From Patescibacteria group bacterium (GTDB taxonomy: Bacteria > Patescibacteriota > Microgenomatia > UBA10105 > UBA927): a DNA stretch of 64,000 nucleotides. Made by a program: the position numbers and the translations under genes. The DNA lies in contig DATKGN010000004.1 in NCBI GenBank assembly GCA_035510735.1, forward strand, positions 177,039 to 241,038, read 5' to 3'. Of the stretch, positions 39,786 through 49,591 are shown piece by piece. Positions within the stretch are counted from its first letter, which is position 1; the number at the start of each line of letters is the position of its first letter. A model generated the notes under the pieces. It had not been told where the DNA came from. It worked only from the letters and a program-made list of their open reading frames with translations, and searched no databases.

Positions 39786-40898
39786 TTATTTCCCCCTGAC
39801 ACGAAGAGAGTCTGCAGTGAATGTTATTCCTAAGGGATTTATGCGGACACGTTTCGATCCTGATGAGACAACTCCCCCATGCCAGACTTTTAACCCGTGG
39901 CGTTTCGCACATTTTTTCACTGTTGGAATATCGTCTGCTGGAAGAAACAGTGCAAACCCCGCACCCATGTTAAACGTTTCATACATTTCTTTATCGCTCA
40001 GTCTGCTTACGGATTGTATATAGGAAAATTCAGGTTGGGGAGCGGGTACACTATCAATAGTGTATGTAAAGTCACGGTCAGCACGCATGAGTTTTCGCCA
40101 CCCGTGTCCGGTGATATTTACCATGTAATGGATGTCTACGTCATGGCCGAAAAGATCTGACACAAATTTTGCATATATATGCGTGGGCCGAAGAAGCGCT
40201 TCACCAAACAATGATCCGTCAGATAAACGAGTAGCATATCCTTTCTGTACGAGCCCAGCGACCGATCTTGCAAGTGTCAATCCGTTTGCGTGAATGCCGC
40301 TACTTTCCACGAGAACAATTGCATCTCCGGAGGTTAATTTGTCGCCCAACGTAAGATGGTTCTTTGGTTGTATGATGCCAACGGCAGAACCCGCCAGATC
40401 AATTGTGTCCGGTCGAAGGATATCCTTGAGCGTCGGCGTCTCACCGCCGCCCCAGATCGCGCCGCTATCACGGCACGCCGCGGCCCAGCCTGTTATCAAG
40501 TCGACAGCACGTTTTTTATCTGAAAACCAATCTGAACCGCCGACGGCAAAATATGCCGTTACTACTTGAGGCGAGGCACCCACGACGATTAAATCGTTTA
40601 CAATCATTGCAACGGTGTCCTTCGCGATTGCTCCATAATAGGATTTGCCCGTGACAGATCTCATCTCATCGGCGACGAGATTTTTTGTTCCTAAGCCCTC
40701 CATCACAAATGCACGGTAGCAGTTTTTTTCTTCCCATACATACGCGGACTCCCCCCGGCTTTTTGAAACTTCATGAACCGATGTATGCCGACCACCGAGT
40801 GACGTACGTTTTCCTTCTCTTTGGGAAAGACGTTTTACTTCGTCTAATATTCGGTAACTGACACCTGCGTCCGCATACGATATGTGTTTCTTCCTCAT
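39786..40898 (-). CDS. purM: phosphoribosylformylglycinamidine cyclo-ligase (AIR synthetase), divergent
   Basis: SYADAGV, GLGTKNLVA, VAMIVNDLIVVGASP, GGGET, SSGIHANG and MYETFNMGAGF align to PurM blocks. Confidence 0.7.
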   Translation of the reverse strand: MRKKHISYADAGVSYRILDEVKRLSQREGKRTSLGGRHTSVHEVSKSRGESAYVWEEKNCYRAFVMEGLGTKNLVADEMRSVTGKSYYGAIAKDTVAMIVNDLIVVGASPQVVTAYFAVGGSDWFSDKKRAVDLITGWAAACRDSGAIWGGGETPTLKDILRPDTIDLAGSAVGIIQPKNHLTLGDKLTSGDAIVLVESSGIHANGLTLARSVAGLVQKGYATRLSDGSLFGEALLRPTHIYAKFVSDLFGHDVDIHYMVNITGHGWRKLMRADRDFTYTIDSVPAPQPEFSYIQSVSRLSDKEMYETFNMGAGFALFLPADDIPTVKKCAKRHGLKVWHGGVVSSGSKRVRINPLGITFTADSLRVRGK

Positions 40899-41827
40899 AT
40901 CTCGAGGGATTTGCGGATAGCGTTTTCAACAGGGTATGTATATTTTTTAAAATGCCTGCCGGTAATTTTTTGATAGACTGCTATATAGCGTTTTGAAAGC
41001 GCGTTCATGAGTGTAGCGGGCATCGTCGGTGGTTTTCCATCTCCACGGTAGCCGCGCTTGGCATACCAGAGCCGTAGAAATTCTTTATCGAAATTTTCCG
41101 GTTCCAATCCTTTTTTAAACCGCTGTTCATACGTTTTGGCTATCCAAAACCGTGAAGAATCTGGCGTGTGGATTTCATCAATAAGCATCAGTTTTCCTTT
41201 ATACAACCCGAATTCGTATTTTGTATCCACAAGAATAAGACCATGCTTTTTGCAGATTCTGCTTCCGCGATCGAATAATGCGAGCGCTGCTTTTTCCATT
41301 TGTTCATACAGTTTTTTTGGAACTATTTTTCTTTTGATTATCTCTTCGCGCGTGAGGCGCTCATCATGTCCGCCTTTGCCCCCTCCGTGAGTGGTCGGCG
41401 TGATAACGGGTTTTGGGAGTTTTTGATTTTTTTTCAGTCCGTCAGGAAAATGTATACCGTAAATGAACCGTTCACCCTGCTCGTATGAATACCAAATGGA
41501 AGTTTTCGTGACGCCGGAGATATATCCACGCACAATCATTTCAATAGGAATAGGTTTTGTATCGTGGGCGATAAGAACATTTGGATGGGGGACTGATATT
41601 TTATGATTCGGGACGATATCGCTTGTCGTGTCAAACCAAAACGCGGAAAGTTGATTTAATACGGCGCCTTTGTATGGTATGTGTCCCAAAATAACATCAA
41701 ACGCGGATTGCCGGTCCGTCGTCACGATGATGCGTTTGCCGTCTTTAATATAAAAATCCCTGACTTTTCCATGTAGTTTTTTTCCGTATTTAGGAAGATT
41801 AATAGTTTTAAGCATGTTAGTTGCCAT
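40895..41827 (-). CDS. purC: phosphoribosylaminoimidazole-succinocarboxamide synthase (long form)
   Basis: KVRDFY...TDRQSAFD and ILVDTKYEFG motifs of SAICAR synthetase. Confidence 0.85.
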   Translation of the reverse strand: MATNMLKTINLPKYGKKLHGKVRDFYIKDGKRIIVTTDRQSAFDVILGHIPYKGAVLNQLSAFWFDTTSDIVPNHKISVPHPNVLIAHDTKPIPIEMIVRGYISGVTKTSIWYSYEQGERFIYGIHFPDGLKKNQKLPKPVITPTTHGGGKGGHDERLTREEIIKRKIVPKKLYEQMEKAALALFDRGSRICKKHGLILVDTKYEFGLYKGKLMLIDEIHTPDSSRFWIAKTYEQRFKKGLEPENFDKEFLRLWYAKRGYRGDGKPPTMPATLMNALSKRYIAVYQKITGRHFKKYTYPVENAIRKSLEI

Positions 41828-42329
41828 ATTTTTTCCAACCCGCGCGGGTTAACGCTATATTTTTCTCGCGGACTCTTTTCTCTAAATCGAGTTTATATAA
41901 CTGTAATCGTTTAGCGAGATGTTCATCTTTGATTGCGAGGATTTGGACAGCGAGTAGCGCAGCGTTTTTCGCGGCATTGATTCCAACGGTTGCAACGGGT
42001 ACTCCAGGCGGCATTTGGACGGTTGAATAGAGCGAGTCTGCTCCACCCAGCGATTTACCGAGTATCGGAATTCCGATAACCGGACGCGCTGTATGGGCGG
42101 CAATGACGCCGGCCAGATGCGCAGCCCCGCCTGCTGCGGCGATAAAGACGAGTACTCCTCCCATGTCGGATTTTTTTACGAACGAGACCGTATCTTCAGG
42201 GCTCCGGTGAGCAGAAAGGACCCGAACGTCAAACGGAATGTTGAATTGCTCTAATATGATAAGTGCATCCCTAACGACTGGGAGATCGGAATCGCTTCCC
42301 ATGAGTACGGCGACAGTGGGTTTAGGCAT
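41817..42329 (-). CDS. purE: 5-(carboxyamino)imidazole ribonucleotide mutase / AIR carboxylase
   Basis: VAVLMGSDSD, SAHRSP and AAGGAAHL motifs. Confidence 0.85.
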   Translation of the reverse strand: MPKPTVAVLMGSDSDLPVVRDALIILEQFNIPFDVRVLSAHRSPEDTVSFVKKSDMGGVLVFIAAAGGAAHLAGVIAAHTARPVIGIPILGKSLGGADSLYSTVQMPPGVPVATVGINAAKNAALLAVQILAIKDEHLAKRLQLYKLDLEKRVREKNIALTRAGWKKYGN

Positions 42330-43731
42330 ATTTTTTTATTGTTTTTGTAATTTCATCGACAAGGGATAGCGCACGCTCCGGTGCGTCACCGATGTGACTG
42401 GCTACATCAAGACACCCACAAATTTCATCATTCTTCAGGTATTGTTTGATAATCTTATTTTGATTGAGGAGATCTGTCATTGGATTTGGCTTTCCTTCCT
42501 GAACTGCTTCCCATGACTTCATGGAAATAGTGCGCAACAGTTCATGCATCTCCTGGCGGTTAGCGCCGCGTTTAACGAGTATAATGAGGATTGATTCGGT
42601 GGCAGCAAACGGGGCAAATTGATTGACATTATATTCAATACGCCGGGTGTTAATGACGAGACCGGAAACAATTTTTTCTGCGGTTATGAGTATTTCATCC
42701 GATGCTAAAAACGCTTCCGACATGACAATCCGTTTGTTTGCAGAATCGTCAAGTGTCCGTTCTAAATAATTTACCGTCGCGTTTCCGAGGGCGACCTCGG
42801 GTAACGATGTAACATACCGTGCGAGAGAACAAATTTTCTCAGAGTTAATCGGATTTCTCTTGAACGGCATCGCGGAAGACCCCACCTGTTTTTTCCCGAA
42901 CGGTTCGCTCCATTCTCCGACCCCGGCAGATTGCAATATACGGACATCGCCAGCGAATTTTGCGAGGGAAGAGGCGATGCTTGCAAGCGCTGAAATTACC
43001 AAAAAATCGTATTTACGAGGGGCAACTTGTGAAGTAATCAGTGATGCCGGTATGCCCAGCGTTTTCATAACGCTCACATCAAGCTCTTTAGGTGACATAC
43101 GACTGCCCGTTAGAGCTGCTTTATAGCTTGCAGAGGAGCCGACTGCTCCTTTCATACCTTTACCTTTATAGATGGAGCGCACAAAGTTGAGAAATGCAAG
43201 GTCGGTTAACAAATCCTGTGCATAAAAAGCCAGTCGGTATCCGACTGTTGTCGGTTCCGCCGGTTGCAGGTGAGTGTACCCCATGCAGGGAGTGGTTGCG
43301 TATGTGCGTATATGAGTAGCAAACAATTTTAAGAGTGTAATGAGACGGGTTTGAATTTCTTCCATCGCTTCATGGATACGAATGGCGTCCGCATTATCGA
43401 CAATATCCATACTGGTAGCACCGAGATGTATTTTTCCGCCACCAACTGGCGATTTCCCAGCAAATTCACGAATTGCGGCGACAACATCATGATTTGTTTC
43501 CTTTTCAATGGAAAGTATTTCAGCGATATCGATATCATCCTCATGACGCTTCAAGTCCTCTAGTTCGTGTTTGGAAACCAGGCCGGCTTCATGCTGCGCC
43601 TCTGCCAGTGCGACCCAAATTTTGCGCCAAATACGATATTTATTTTTTTCACTGAAAATTTCCCTCATGCGGTCGCTACCGTAACGCCAGGAAAAAGGGG
43701 ATACGTAATTGGAAAAATCTGTGCTATTCAT
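42322..43731 (-). CDS. purB: adenylosuccinate lyase
   Basis: Fumarate-lyase signature GSSAMPFKRNP. About 470 aa long form. Confidence 0.85.
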   Translation of the reverse strand: MNSTDFSNYVSPFSWRYGSDRMREIFSEKNKYRIWRKIWVALAEAQHEAGLVSKHELEDLKRHEDDIDIAEILSIEKETNHDVVAAIREFAGKSPVGGGKIHLGATSMDIVDNADAIRIHEAMEEIQTRLITLLKLFATHIRTYATTPCMGYTHLQPAEPTTVGYRLAFYAQDLLTDLAFLNFVRSIYKGKGMKGAVGSSASYKAALTGSRMSPKELDVSVMKTLGIPASLITSQVAPRKYDFLVISALASIASSLAKFAGDVRILQSAGVGEWSEPFGKKQVGSSAMPFKRNPINSEKICSLARYVTSLPEVALGNATVNYLERTLDDSANKRIVMSEAFLASDEILITAEKIVSGLVINTRRIEYNVNQFAPFAATESILIILVKRGANRQEMHELLRTISMKSWEAVQEGKPNPMTDLLNQNKIIKQYLKNDEICGCLDVASHIGDAPERALSLVDEITKTIKKYA

Positions 43732-43735
43732 ATAG

Positions 43736-44833
43736 TTATGTAACGATTTTTTTCAACTGTTTAGAATGAATTGCTTCTTTAATTTCCAGTGCAACGCGCC
43801 TGCCGGCTGACATGCTGGCTCCCCAAAGATACCCTGAATACGGACCTGATGCAATACCCGGAGATCCTGGCATACGGGGCGATACATCGATAACAACAAT
43901 ATCTTTTTTGGGCGGGCCGGAGGTGATGATCGATTGGAGTGCAAACGGACCGATGACGCCGGGTGGATAGAGAATCCTTGTGGCTTTTACAAACGCTTCG
44001 CCTAAAGCGAATGCTTTTTCAAGCATTGATTCCAGCACCGTCACTGCAATATGACCTGATTCTTCAAACGTGAGTGGTGAAGACGCAAGTACAGTATCCT
44101 GATACATAGCTGGCACCCGCAAAAATCCATCAAGATTCGTCTGTCTTCTCGTGTCCGTTCCCATAAGTTCAAGGCGGTTATTAATCTGAGAATAAAAGAA
44201 ATTAAAATTGACTGGGGTTCCAAGGATAAATTCTTCAATAACCTGGGAGTCAAGTGCTGCTTTTGAGATTTTTTTGATCCGTATCAATTCTTTACTTTTT
44301 TTCGTATAGTCCTTAAAACTCGAAACGAGAAAGAACGCTCGTTCATATGTGCGCTCCCGTTCCGCAACTTTCACAATACATAGTCTGTCAATTTCATCCG
44401 GTGAATTGAAATGCCTCGGGTACCGGATCTTGGCTGCATGTAGCACATCATATTGGTTCGGTTTAGTTTTTCGTTCCTCTATTTTTAAGAGAAATTTATT
44501 TCCGAATATCGGTATATGTATATCGTTTTCGATCGCATGATAATCAAAATTGAGATACGCTTCCAGAGATCGGTGGGGGATGAGAATCGCGTTACGTTGT
44601 TGTAATTGTTTTTGAATATTCTTTGTTAACATATCATGAAAATCGTTTACCACGATGCACGTATCGATACATCCGAGACTATTGTGACTACGGTAATAAT
44701 CCGTGTATGTTTTCTCCCGGCCCTTTTGGGCGATCACAAGGGTTGCAAATCCCTCATCTTTTGCACCGCGGCAGACGTCAAGCGCACTGTGGCTTCCGAG
44801 TACCGCGATGGTAACCTTGTTCGTTTTTTCCAT
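43736..44833 (-). CDS. archaeal-type 5-formaminoimidazole-4-carboxamide ribonucleotide synthetase-like (PurP paralog, ATP-grasp)
   Basis: N-terminus VTIAVLGSHSALDV, IPHRSLEAY, PIFGN, and C-terminal GPFALQS ... RVALEIKEA blocks parallel PurP. Confidence 0.65.
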   Translation of the reverse strand: MEKTNKVTIAVLGSHSALDVCRGAKDEGFATLVIAQKGREKTYTDYYRSHNSLGCIDTCIVVNDFHDMLTKNIQKQLQQRNAILIPHRSLEAYLNFDYHAIENDIHIPIFGNKFLLKIEERKTKPNQYDVLHAAKIRYPRHFNSPDEIDRLCIVKVAERERTYERAFFLVSSFKDYTKKSKELIRIKKISKAALDSQVIEEFILGTPVNFNFFYSQINNRLELMGTDTRRQTNLDGFLRVPAMYQDTVLASSPLTFEESGHIAVTVLESMLEKAFALGEAFVKATRILYPPGVIGPFALQSIITSGPPKKDIVVIDVSPRMPGSPGIASGPYSGYLWGASMSAGRRVALEIKEAIHSKQLKKIVT

Positions 44834-44838
44834 TGTTT

Positions 44839-45846
44839 TTAATCGATTATCATGTCTAGTTTGTTTTTTGTGATCGCGAATTTAATTTCCCTGGCAATTC
44901 TTCTCCCGGTACTCATGGGCTCATTATATGTTAACCAGGAGTATGGGGAGCCCTCAATAAACAGGTTGGTGCCGGCAACAATTCTGCATGATATTTCCAT
45001 GGCGTAAAACCGCTGATCAGGAGTGATAACCGTTTCCAAACAAAATGGGCCGATGAGACCCCGGCGGTCAATAAGTTTTTTTGATGTGGCGACTATACGT
45101 TCACCCATCGCGTATGCTTCTGGTAAAAGAGACTCGCGAAGAACGAGCGAACTGTTGCCGACAACCACGTAACTGGGATCGATGTGCATGGAATGTTGAT
45201 ATTGTGAAGGAATTCTTCCCAGCCCGTCGACATTGGTCTCATACCTCCGGTCGATACTCATAAGCTCAACCACATTGGTTAATGGTGAATAAAAATAGTG
45301 CAGATAACATGTTACACCCACGATGTATTGTTGAATAACATAACGGGAGGATTTTATTGAGCGGATTTTTTCCGTAAATTCCTTTTTATTTGCAGCGAGG
45401 AAATATCCCGATCCTCCTGCTGCGCCGAACGTTTTGACAATAACAGGGAACTTTATAGTTTTTTCCGTAAATTCCTGTGGCATCAATATGCAGGCGTCTA
45501 CAATCCACTGTCGTTGCAGCCTGCGGTCTTCTTCCCAATCGAGAACCTTTTTATTTCCGAAATAGGGAATTGTTATTCTTTTATTTCCCTCTTTCCCAAG
45601 ATACGCGACGAAGGATCCGTGGGGGATGAGGATGCAAGTTTCTTTTTTCAATTGTTTTTCAACTTTTGGAAAATCGGAGTAGCGCGTTATCCCGATAACC
45701 TTGTCGATAAACGGAAACCTTCGGTAAAAACTTGCTTTATCGTGAAGTGCGATAAGCATCGTGCGGAATCCCTCATCTTTGGCGCCTTTCATAATCTGAA
45801 GAGCACTGTGGCTTCCGAGCGTGGCGATGGTGGTATTTATTTTCAT
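44839..45846 (-). CDS. purP: archaeal-type FAICAR synthetase (formate- and ATP-dependent AICAR formyltransferase)
   Basis: Blocks [66 protein letters not shown] and RIAREIK match characterised archaeal PurP. The ORF extends to 46095, which would overlap purQ; start at MKINTT preferred. Confidence 0.75.
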   Translation of the reverse strand: MKINTTIATLGSHSALQIMKGAKDEGFRTMLIALHDKASFYRRFPFIDKVIGITRYSDFPKVEKQLKKETCILIPHGSFVAYLGKEGNKRITIPYFGNKKVLDWEEDRRLQRQWIVDACILMPQEFTEKTIKFPVIVKTFGAAGGSGYFLAANKKEFTEKIRSIKSSRYVIQQYIVGVTCYLHYFYSPLTNVVELMSIDRRYETNVDGLGRIPSQYQHSMHIDPSYVVVGNSSLVLRESLLPEAYAMGERIVATSKKLIDRRGLIGPFCLETVITPDQRFYAMEISCRIVAGTNLFIEGSPYSWLTYNEPMSTGRRIAREIKFAITKNKLDMIID

Positions 45847-45847
45847 A

Positions 45848-46651
45848 TTAGTCTTTGAAATATGATACAGCATTTTTAAATAGTTGAAGACCGGGTCCCG
45901 CTGTTGGTACCGGTAAACCTCTCCGAGTATACACCTCTTTGAGATAGGTCCAGTTGGGAAGTTGCGTAAAGAATAGTGCGCGTTCAGGGTGGGGCATAAG
46001 GCCGAGTATTTTTCCGGTCCGATCGGTGATTCCCGCAATATCATCCATGGTGCCGGTCGGGTTAGCGGGGAGATCCTGATATATGCATGTATCACCCCTC
46101 ACATATCGAAGCGCGATCATTCCGTTTTTCCTCATTTGCTCCAACGTCGTCTGTTTGGTGTACAAGCGTCCCTCTCCGTGCCCGATAGGCAAAGAAAACG
46201 TAGTTATCCCCCGAAGCCAGGGTGATGAGCTAAAATTTTTAAGATCTGTCCAGCGATCTATTAACCGTGAGGACGAATTTTGAAGAAGGGCGATGTCCTT
46301 CGTTCCGATTTTTTCACTGAGTCCTGACAAGAGACCCGTATTGACCAAAATCTGGAATCCGTTACAAATTGCAATGACGAGTTTGTCACCTGCGGTAAAC
46401 TGCAAGAGCGCTTCCCATAAATGATTTTTTAACTTATTTGCGTACGCATTACCGGCGCCCGTATCGTCGCCGTATGAGAAGCCTCCTGGAATTACGAGTA
46501 TCTGATAGCGCATTAGTGTACTGGGCCGTTCAATGCAATCGTTGATATGGACAATGTCCGCATAGCTGCCCGCCATGCGGAACCCGAACTGCGTTTCCTC
46601 TTCACAGTTCAATCCGTATCCTGAAAATATAAGCGCTTTTGGTTTTTTCAT
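45848..46651 (-). CDS. purQ: phosphoribosylformylglycinamidine synthase glutaminase subunit
   Basis: Class I GATase with catalytic ICNGFQ and His/Glu. ALIFSGYG N-terminus. Confidence 0.85.
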   Translation of the reverse strand: MKKPKALIFSGYGLNCEEETQFGFRMAGSYADIVHINDCIERPSTLMRYQILVIPGGFSYGDDTGAGNAYANKLKNHLWEALLQFTAGDKLVIAICNGFQILVNTGLLSGLSEKIGTKDIALLQNSSSRLIDRWTDLKNFSSSPWLRGITTFSLPIGHGEGRLYTKQTTLEQMRKNGMIALRYVRGDTCIYQDLPANPTGTMDDIAGITDRTGKILGLMPHPERALFFTQLPNWTYLKEVYTRRGLPVPTAGPGLQLFKNAVSYFKD

Positions 46652-46685
46652 AATTAATATATTATCGTGTTAACATATGAATATA

Positions 46686-49589
46686 CTAATAATCCCGAAA
46701 CGTGCGCTGATATGCCTCTTGCATCGTTCTGAGTGAGCATCGAATAGTCACCTTATTAGCGTTACGTATAACAAAGTATTGTCCGTCAGTCACGCTACCA
46801 ATGAGGCTTAGCACATTCCCGTGCATAATCGACTCAAACTCCTTTTTGTTTTGTGGCGCGACAGTTACAACAATCCTTCCCTGGTTTTCATTCCATAGTA
46901 TGTTTTGCGGAACTTTTGCCGTTCCGGGAACTGCGGATAGGTCGATATCCAATCCCAACATTCCGCCCAATGCGGTTTTGGCAAGTGCGATACCTAATCC
47001 TCCTCGGTACACGCTTATTGCCGAAGCGATTGCATTGTTGCTTGTCATGTTATAAAAAGCACGGTAGAGCGCTGCATTTTTTTTGCCATTCACGGGCGCA
47101 TATGCATCCTCGTGTGTTTCTCCTAAAATATAGATAAGGTCTCCCGGTAATTTAACATCGAGCGAAATACATTTGGTGACATCGGGAATTACGCCGATCG
47201 CCGAGATAAGAAGGGTTGGTGGGATGGAGATCATAACGGGTTTTCCTTCGTCATCAAAGCCTTTAAAATCATTAAACATACTGTCTTTGCCTGATATAAA
47301 CGGCGTGCCGTACACTACGGCATAATCGTAGCAGGCCTGGGCCGCACGTTTGAGCTGCCCCAACCGGACAGGGTCATTTGCGCTACACCAGCAGAAATTA
47401 TCGAGTAGCGCAATATGGTCGACGTCTCCCCCTACCACAACTGCATTTCGTATTGCTGTATCAATTGAACAGGCTGCCATGTAATAGGCGTCATAATCGC
47501 TGTAGCGTGGATATAAACCCTGTGACAGCACAACTCCTTTTTGCGAAGAGAGAACCGGGCGGGAAACGGTTGCGTCGGCATTGATGCGCCCGCGGCCCTG
47601 CAACGGTTTTAATACGGAAAATCCCTGAACCTGATGATCATACTGCTGTGATATAAATGAAAAGCCTGCAATGTTCGGATCTGACAGTTTTGAAAGAAGC
47701 GCTTCTGTTTGGGAATCAAAAAGTTTTGCGTCAACGCCCTTAAGTGTTTTGGGCGGAGCAACTGTTGTAAGCCTGCGTGGTGGGAGACCGTCATGGAGAA
47801 ATTCCATGTCGAGATCCATAACAACCTCTTTATAATAGGTAACCACACACTTGCCTGATTTGGTAAACTCACCGATAACTGTGGCTTCGACGCCCCTTCG
47901 TTTCATGAGACGCGAAAACGCCGGCCACTTATTTTTTGGAACGGCGAGCGTCATGCGTTCCTGCGACTCGGAAATCCACAATTGCCATGGTGCAAGACCA
48001 GGATATTTTACCGGAATTTTATCGAGAGTGACAATGCAGCCGCCCGATTCTTTTGCCATTTCAGCAACGGAACAGGATAAGCCGCCCGCGCCGTTGTCGG
48101 TGATACTATGAAACAATCCAATGTCGCGGGCTTCTTTGACGATCGCGTCGCTTAACTTTTTTTGTGTGATGGGGTCTCCGATCTGAACTGCAGTAGCGGG
48201 GCTGCCGGTGCTCAGGGCCTCAGATGAAAATGTTGCCCCGTGGATGCCGTCAAGCCCAACACGGCCGCCGACCATCACAATGAGGTCGTCGGGTTGAGCA
48301 TGTTTTTCATACATTTTCTTACCTTTTATTTTTCGTGGAAGCAGACCTACGGTTCCTGCAAAAACAAGCGGTTTGCCGCGGTATCTGTCGTCAAAAAATA
48401 TAAATCCCTGCGGGGTCGGAATTCCGGAACAGTTGCCTCCTGCGTTGACCCCTGCTACGACGCCGTCAAAGATGCGCCGCGCTGATAACATCGGTTGTGT
48501 CCGTTCCGTATCGCGATAGAGGATGGAGGTATTTTTTGGCGGCGCCAGGCAAAATCCGTATGTATTAATAATCGGTTTTGCCCCGAGTCCGAATCCGATT
48601 GCGTCGCGATTCACGCCGACGATGCCGGTAATTGCACCGCCAAATGGGTCGAGAGCTGAGGGACTGTTGTGCGTTTCCACTTTATGGGAAATCATAAAGG
48701 TGTCGTCAAACGTGATTGCTCCGCTGTTGTCGGTAAATACAGAAACGCAGATATCCTTTTTCCTTTTTTGTTTTCGAATAATGTCAGTTGCTCTCTTAAT
48801 ATATGTGCGAAACAACCCCTTGGGCACATCATCAATATGGTCGGCAAATATCGTGTGTTTACAGTGTTCGCTCCATGTCTGTGCTATGGACTCAAGCTCT
48901 ATATCCGTTGGGTGCCGTCCGATTTTTCTAAAATATTTTTGTATGGCCTTCATGTAAGTGAGATCAAGAGCGAGAGGGCCACGATGAGTCCCGTCATCAT
49001 TTATAATTCCCTTCTTACCGATGTTCACGAGCTCTTCGTCGGAAACGTCTAGTGACACATCATTTACCCGTTGGGTTTTTGTAAGATGTACTTTCGGGAT
49101 TTGGTACCCGGTACGGTGTCCTTTATGAAATTCTCTGGAGCTTCGCACATATGCGCTTTGAATAAGCGGATTATAGAGACTTGCGGCTACCATTTTTATG
49201 CGTTGATCGGATATGGCACCATCTACAAAAAGTATTTGTGATGTATATACACTTGGTGCATCGAAAAAATCTTTATGCAATGTATCTGCAATCATTTCTT
49301 TCGTGGTATTTCCTATATTATCCGTTACTCCCGGTAAATATCCAATTTCAATCGCCCACGTAAATTTTTTTAGCGCCAGTGGTTTATCTACTGATGCTTT
49401 TTGAGTTAACGGGTGAGTAAGAAGTGGGATAATTCGGGTGACATCTTTTGATGATAAATCGGAGTCGACCGTATAGACATCAACGACATATGTTTTTGTC
49501 ACATTAAATCCGTCCTCGCGCAATCGCTTACATAATGCAATTGCACGAGGATCCGGAACTGTTGATGCTACCTCAATTCTTATTGCCAT
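46686..49589 (-). CDS. purL: PurS-PurL fusion: phosphoribosylformylglycinamidine synthase II with N-terminal PurS-like domain
   Basis: About 80-aa PurS-like N-domain, then the PurL AIRS/AIRS_C duplicated domains. 967 aa. Confidence 0.8.
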   Translation of the reverse strand: MAIRIEVASTVPDPRAIALCKRLREDGFNVTKTYVVDVYTVDSDLSSKDVTRIIPLLTHPLTQKASVDKPLALKKFTWAIEIGYLPGVTDNIGNTTKEMIADTLHKDFFDAPSVYTSQILFVDGAISDQRIKMVAASLYNPLIQSAYVRSSREFHKGHRTGYQIPKVHLTKTQRVNDVSLDVSDEELVNIGKKGIINDDGTHRGPLALDLTYMKAIQKYFRKIGRHPTDIELESIAQTWSEHCKHTIFADHIDDVPKGLFRTYIKRATDIIRKQKRKKDICVSVFTDNSGAITFDDTFMISHKVETHNSPSALDPFGGAITGIVGVNRDAIGFGLGAKPIINTYGFCLAPPKNTSILYRDTERTQPMLSARRIFDGVVAGVNAGGNCSGIPTPQGFIFFDDRYRGKPLVFAGTVGLLPRKIKGKKMYEKHAQPDDLIVMVGGRVGLDGIHGATFSSEALSTGSPATAVQIGDPITQKKLSDAIVKEARDIGLFHSITDNGAGGLSCSVAEMAKESGGCIVTLDKIPVKYPGLAPWQLWISESQERMTLAVPKNKWPAFSRLMKRRGVEATVIGEFTKSGKCVVTYYKEVVMDLDMEFLHDGLPPRRLTTVAPPKTLKGVDAKLFDSQTEALLSKLSDPNIAGFSFISQQYDHQVQGFSVLKPLQGRGRINADATVSRPVLSSQKGVVLSQGLYPRYSDYDAYYMAACSIDTAIRNAVVVGGDVDHIALLDNFCWCSANDPVRLGQLKRAAQACYDYAVVYGTPFISGKDSMFNDFKGFDDEGKPVMISIPPTLLISAIGVIPDVTKCISLDVKLPGDLIYILGETHEDAYAPVNGKKNAALYRAFYNMTSNNAIASAISVYRGGLGIALAKTALGGMLGLDIDLSAVPGTAKVPQNILWNENQGRIVVTVAPQNKKEFESIMHGNVLSLIGSVTDGQYFVIRNANKVTIRCSLRTMQEAYQRTFRDY

Positions 49590-49591
49590 AG

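Noticed and set aside
45847-46095. N-terminal 83-aa extension of the purP ORF
   Set aside because: It would overlap purQ by about 250 nt. The conserved PurP N-terminus ([13 protein letters not shown]) begins at 45846, immediately after the purQ stop.
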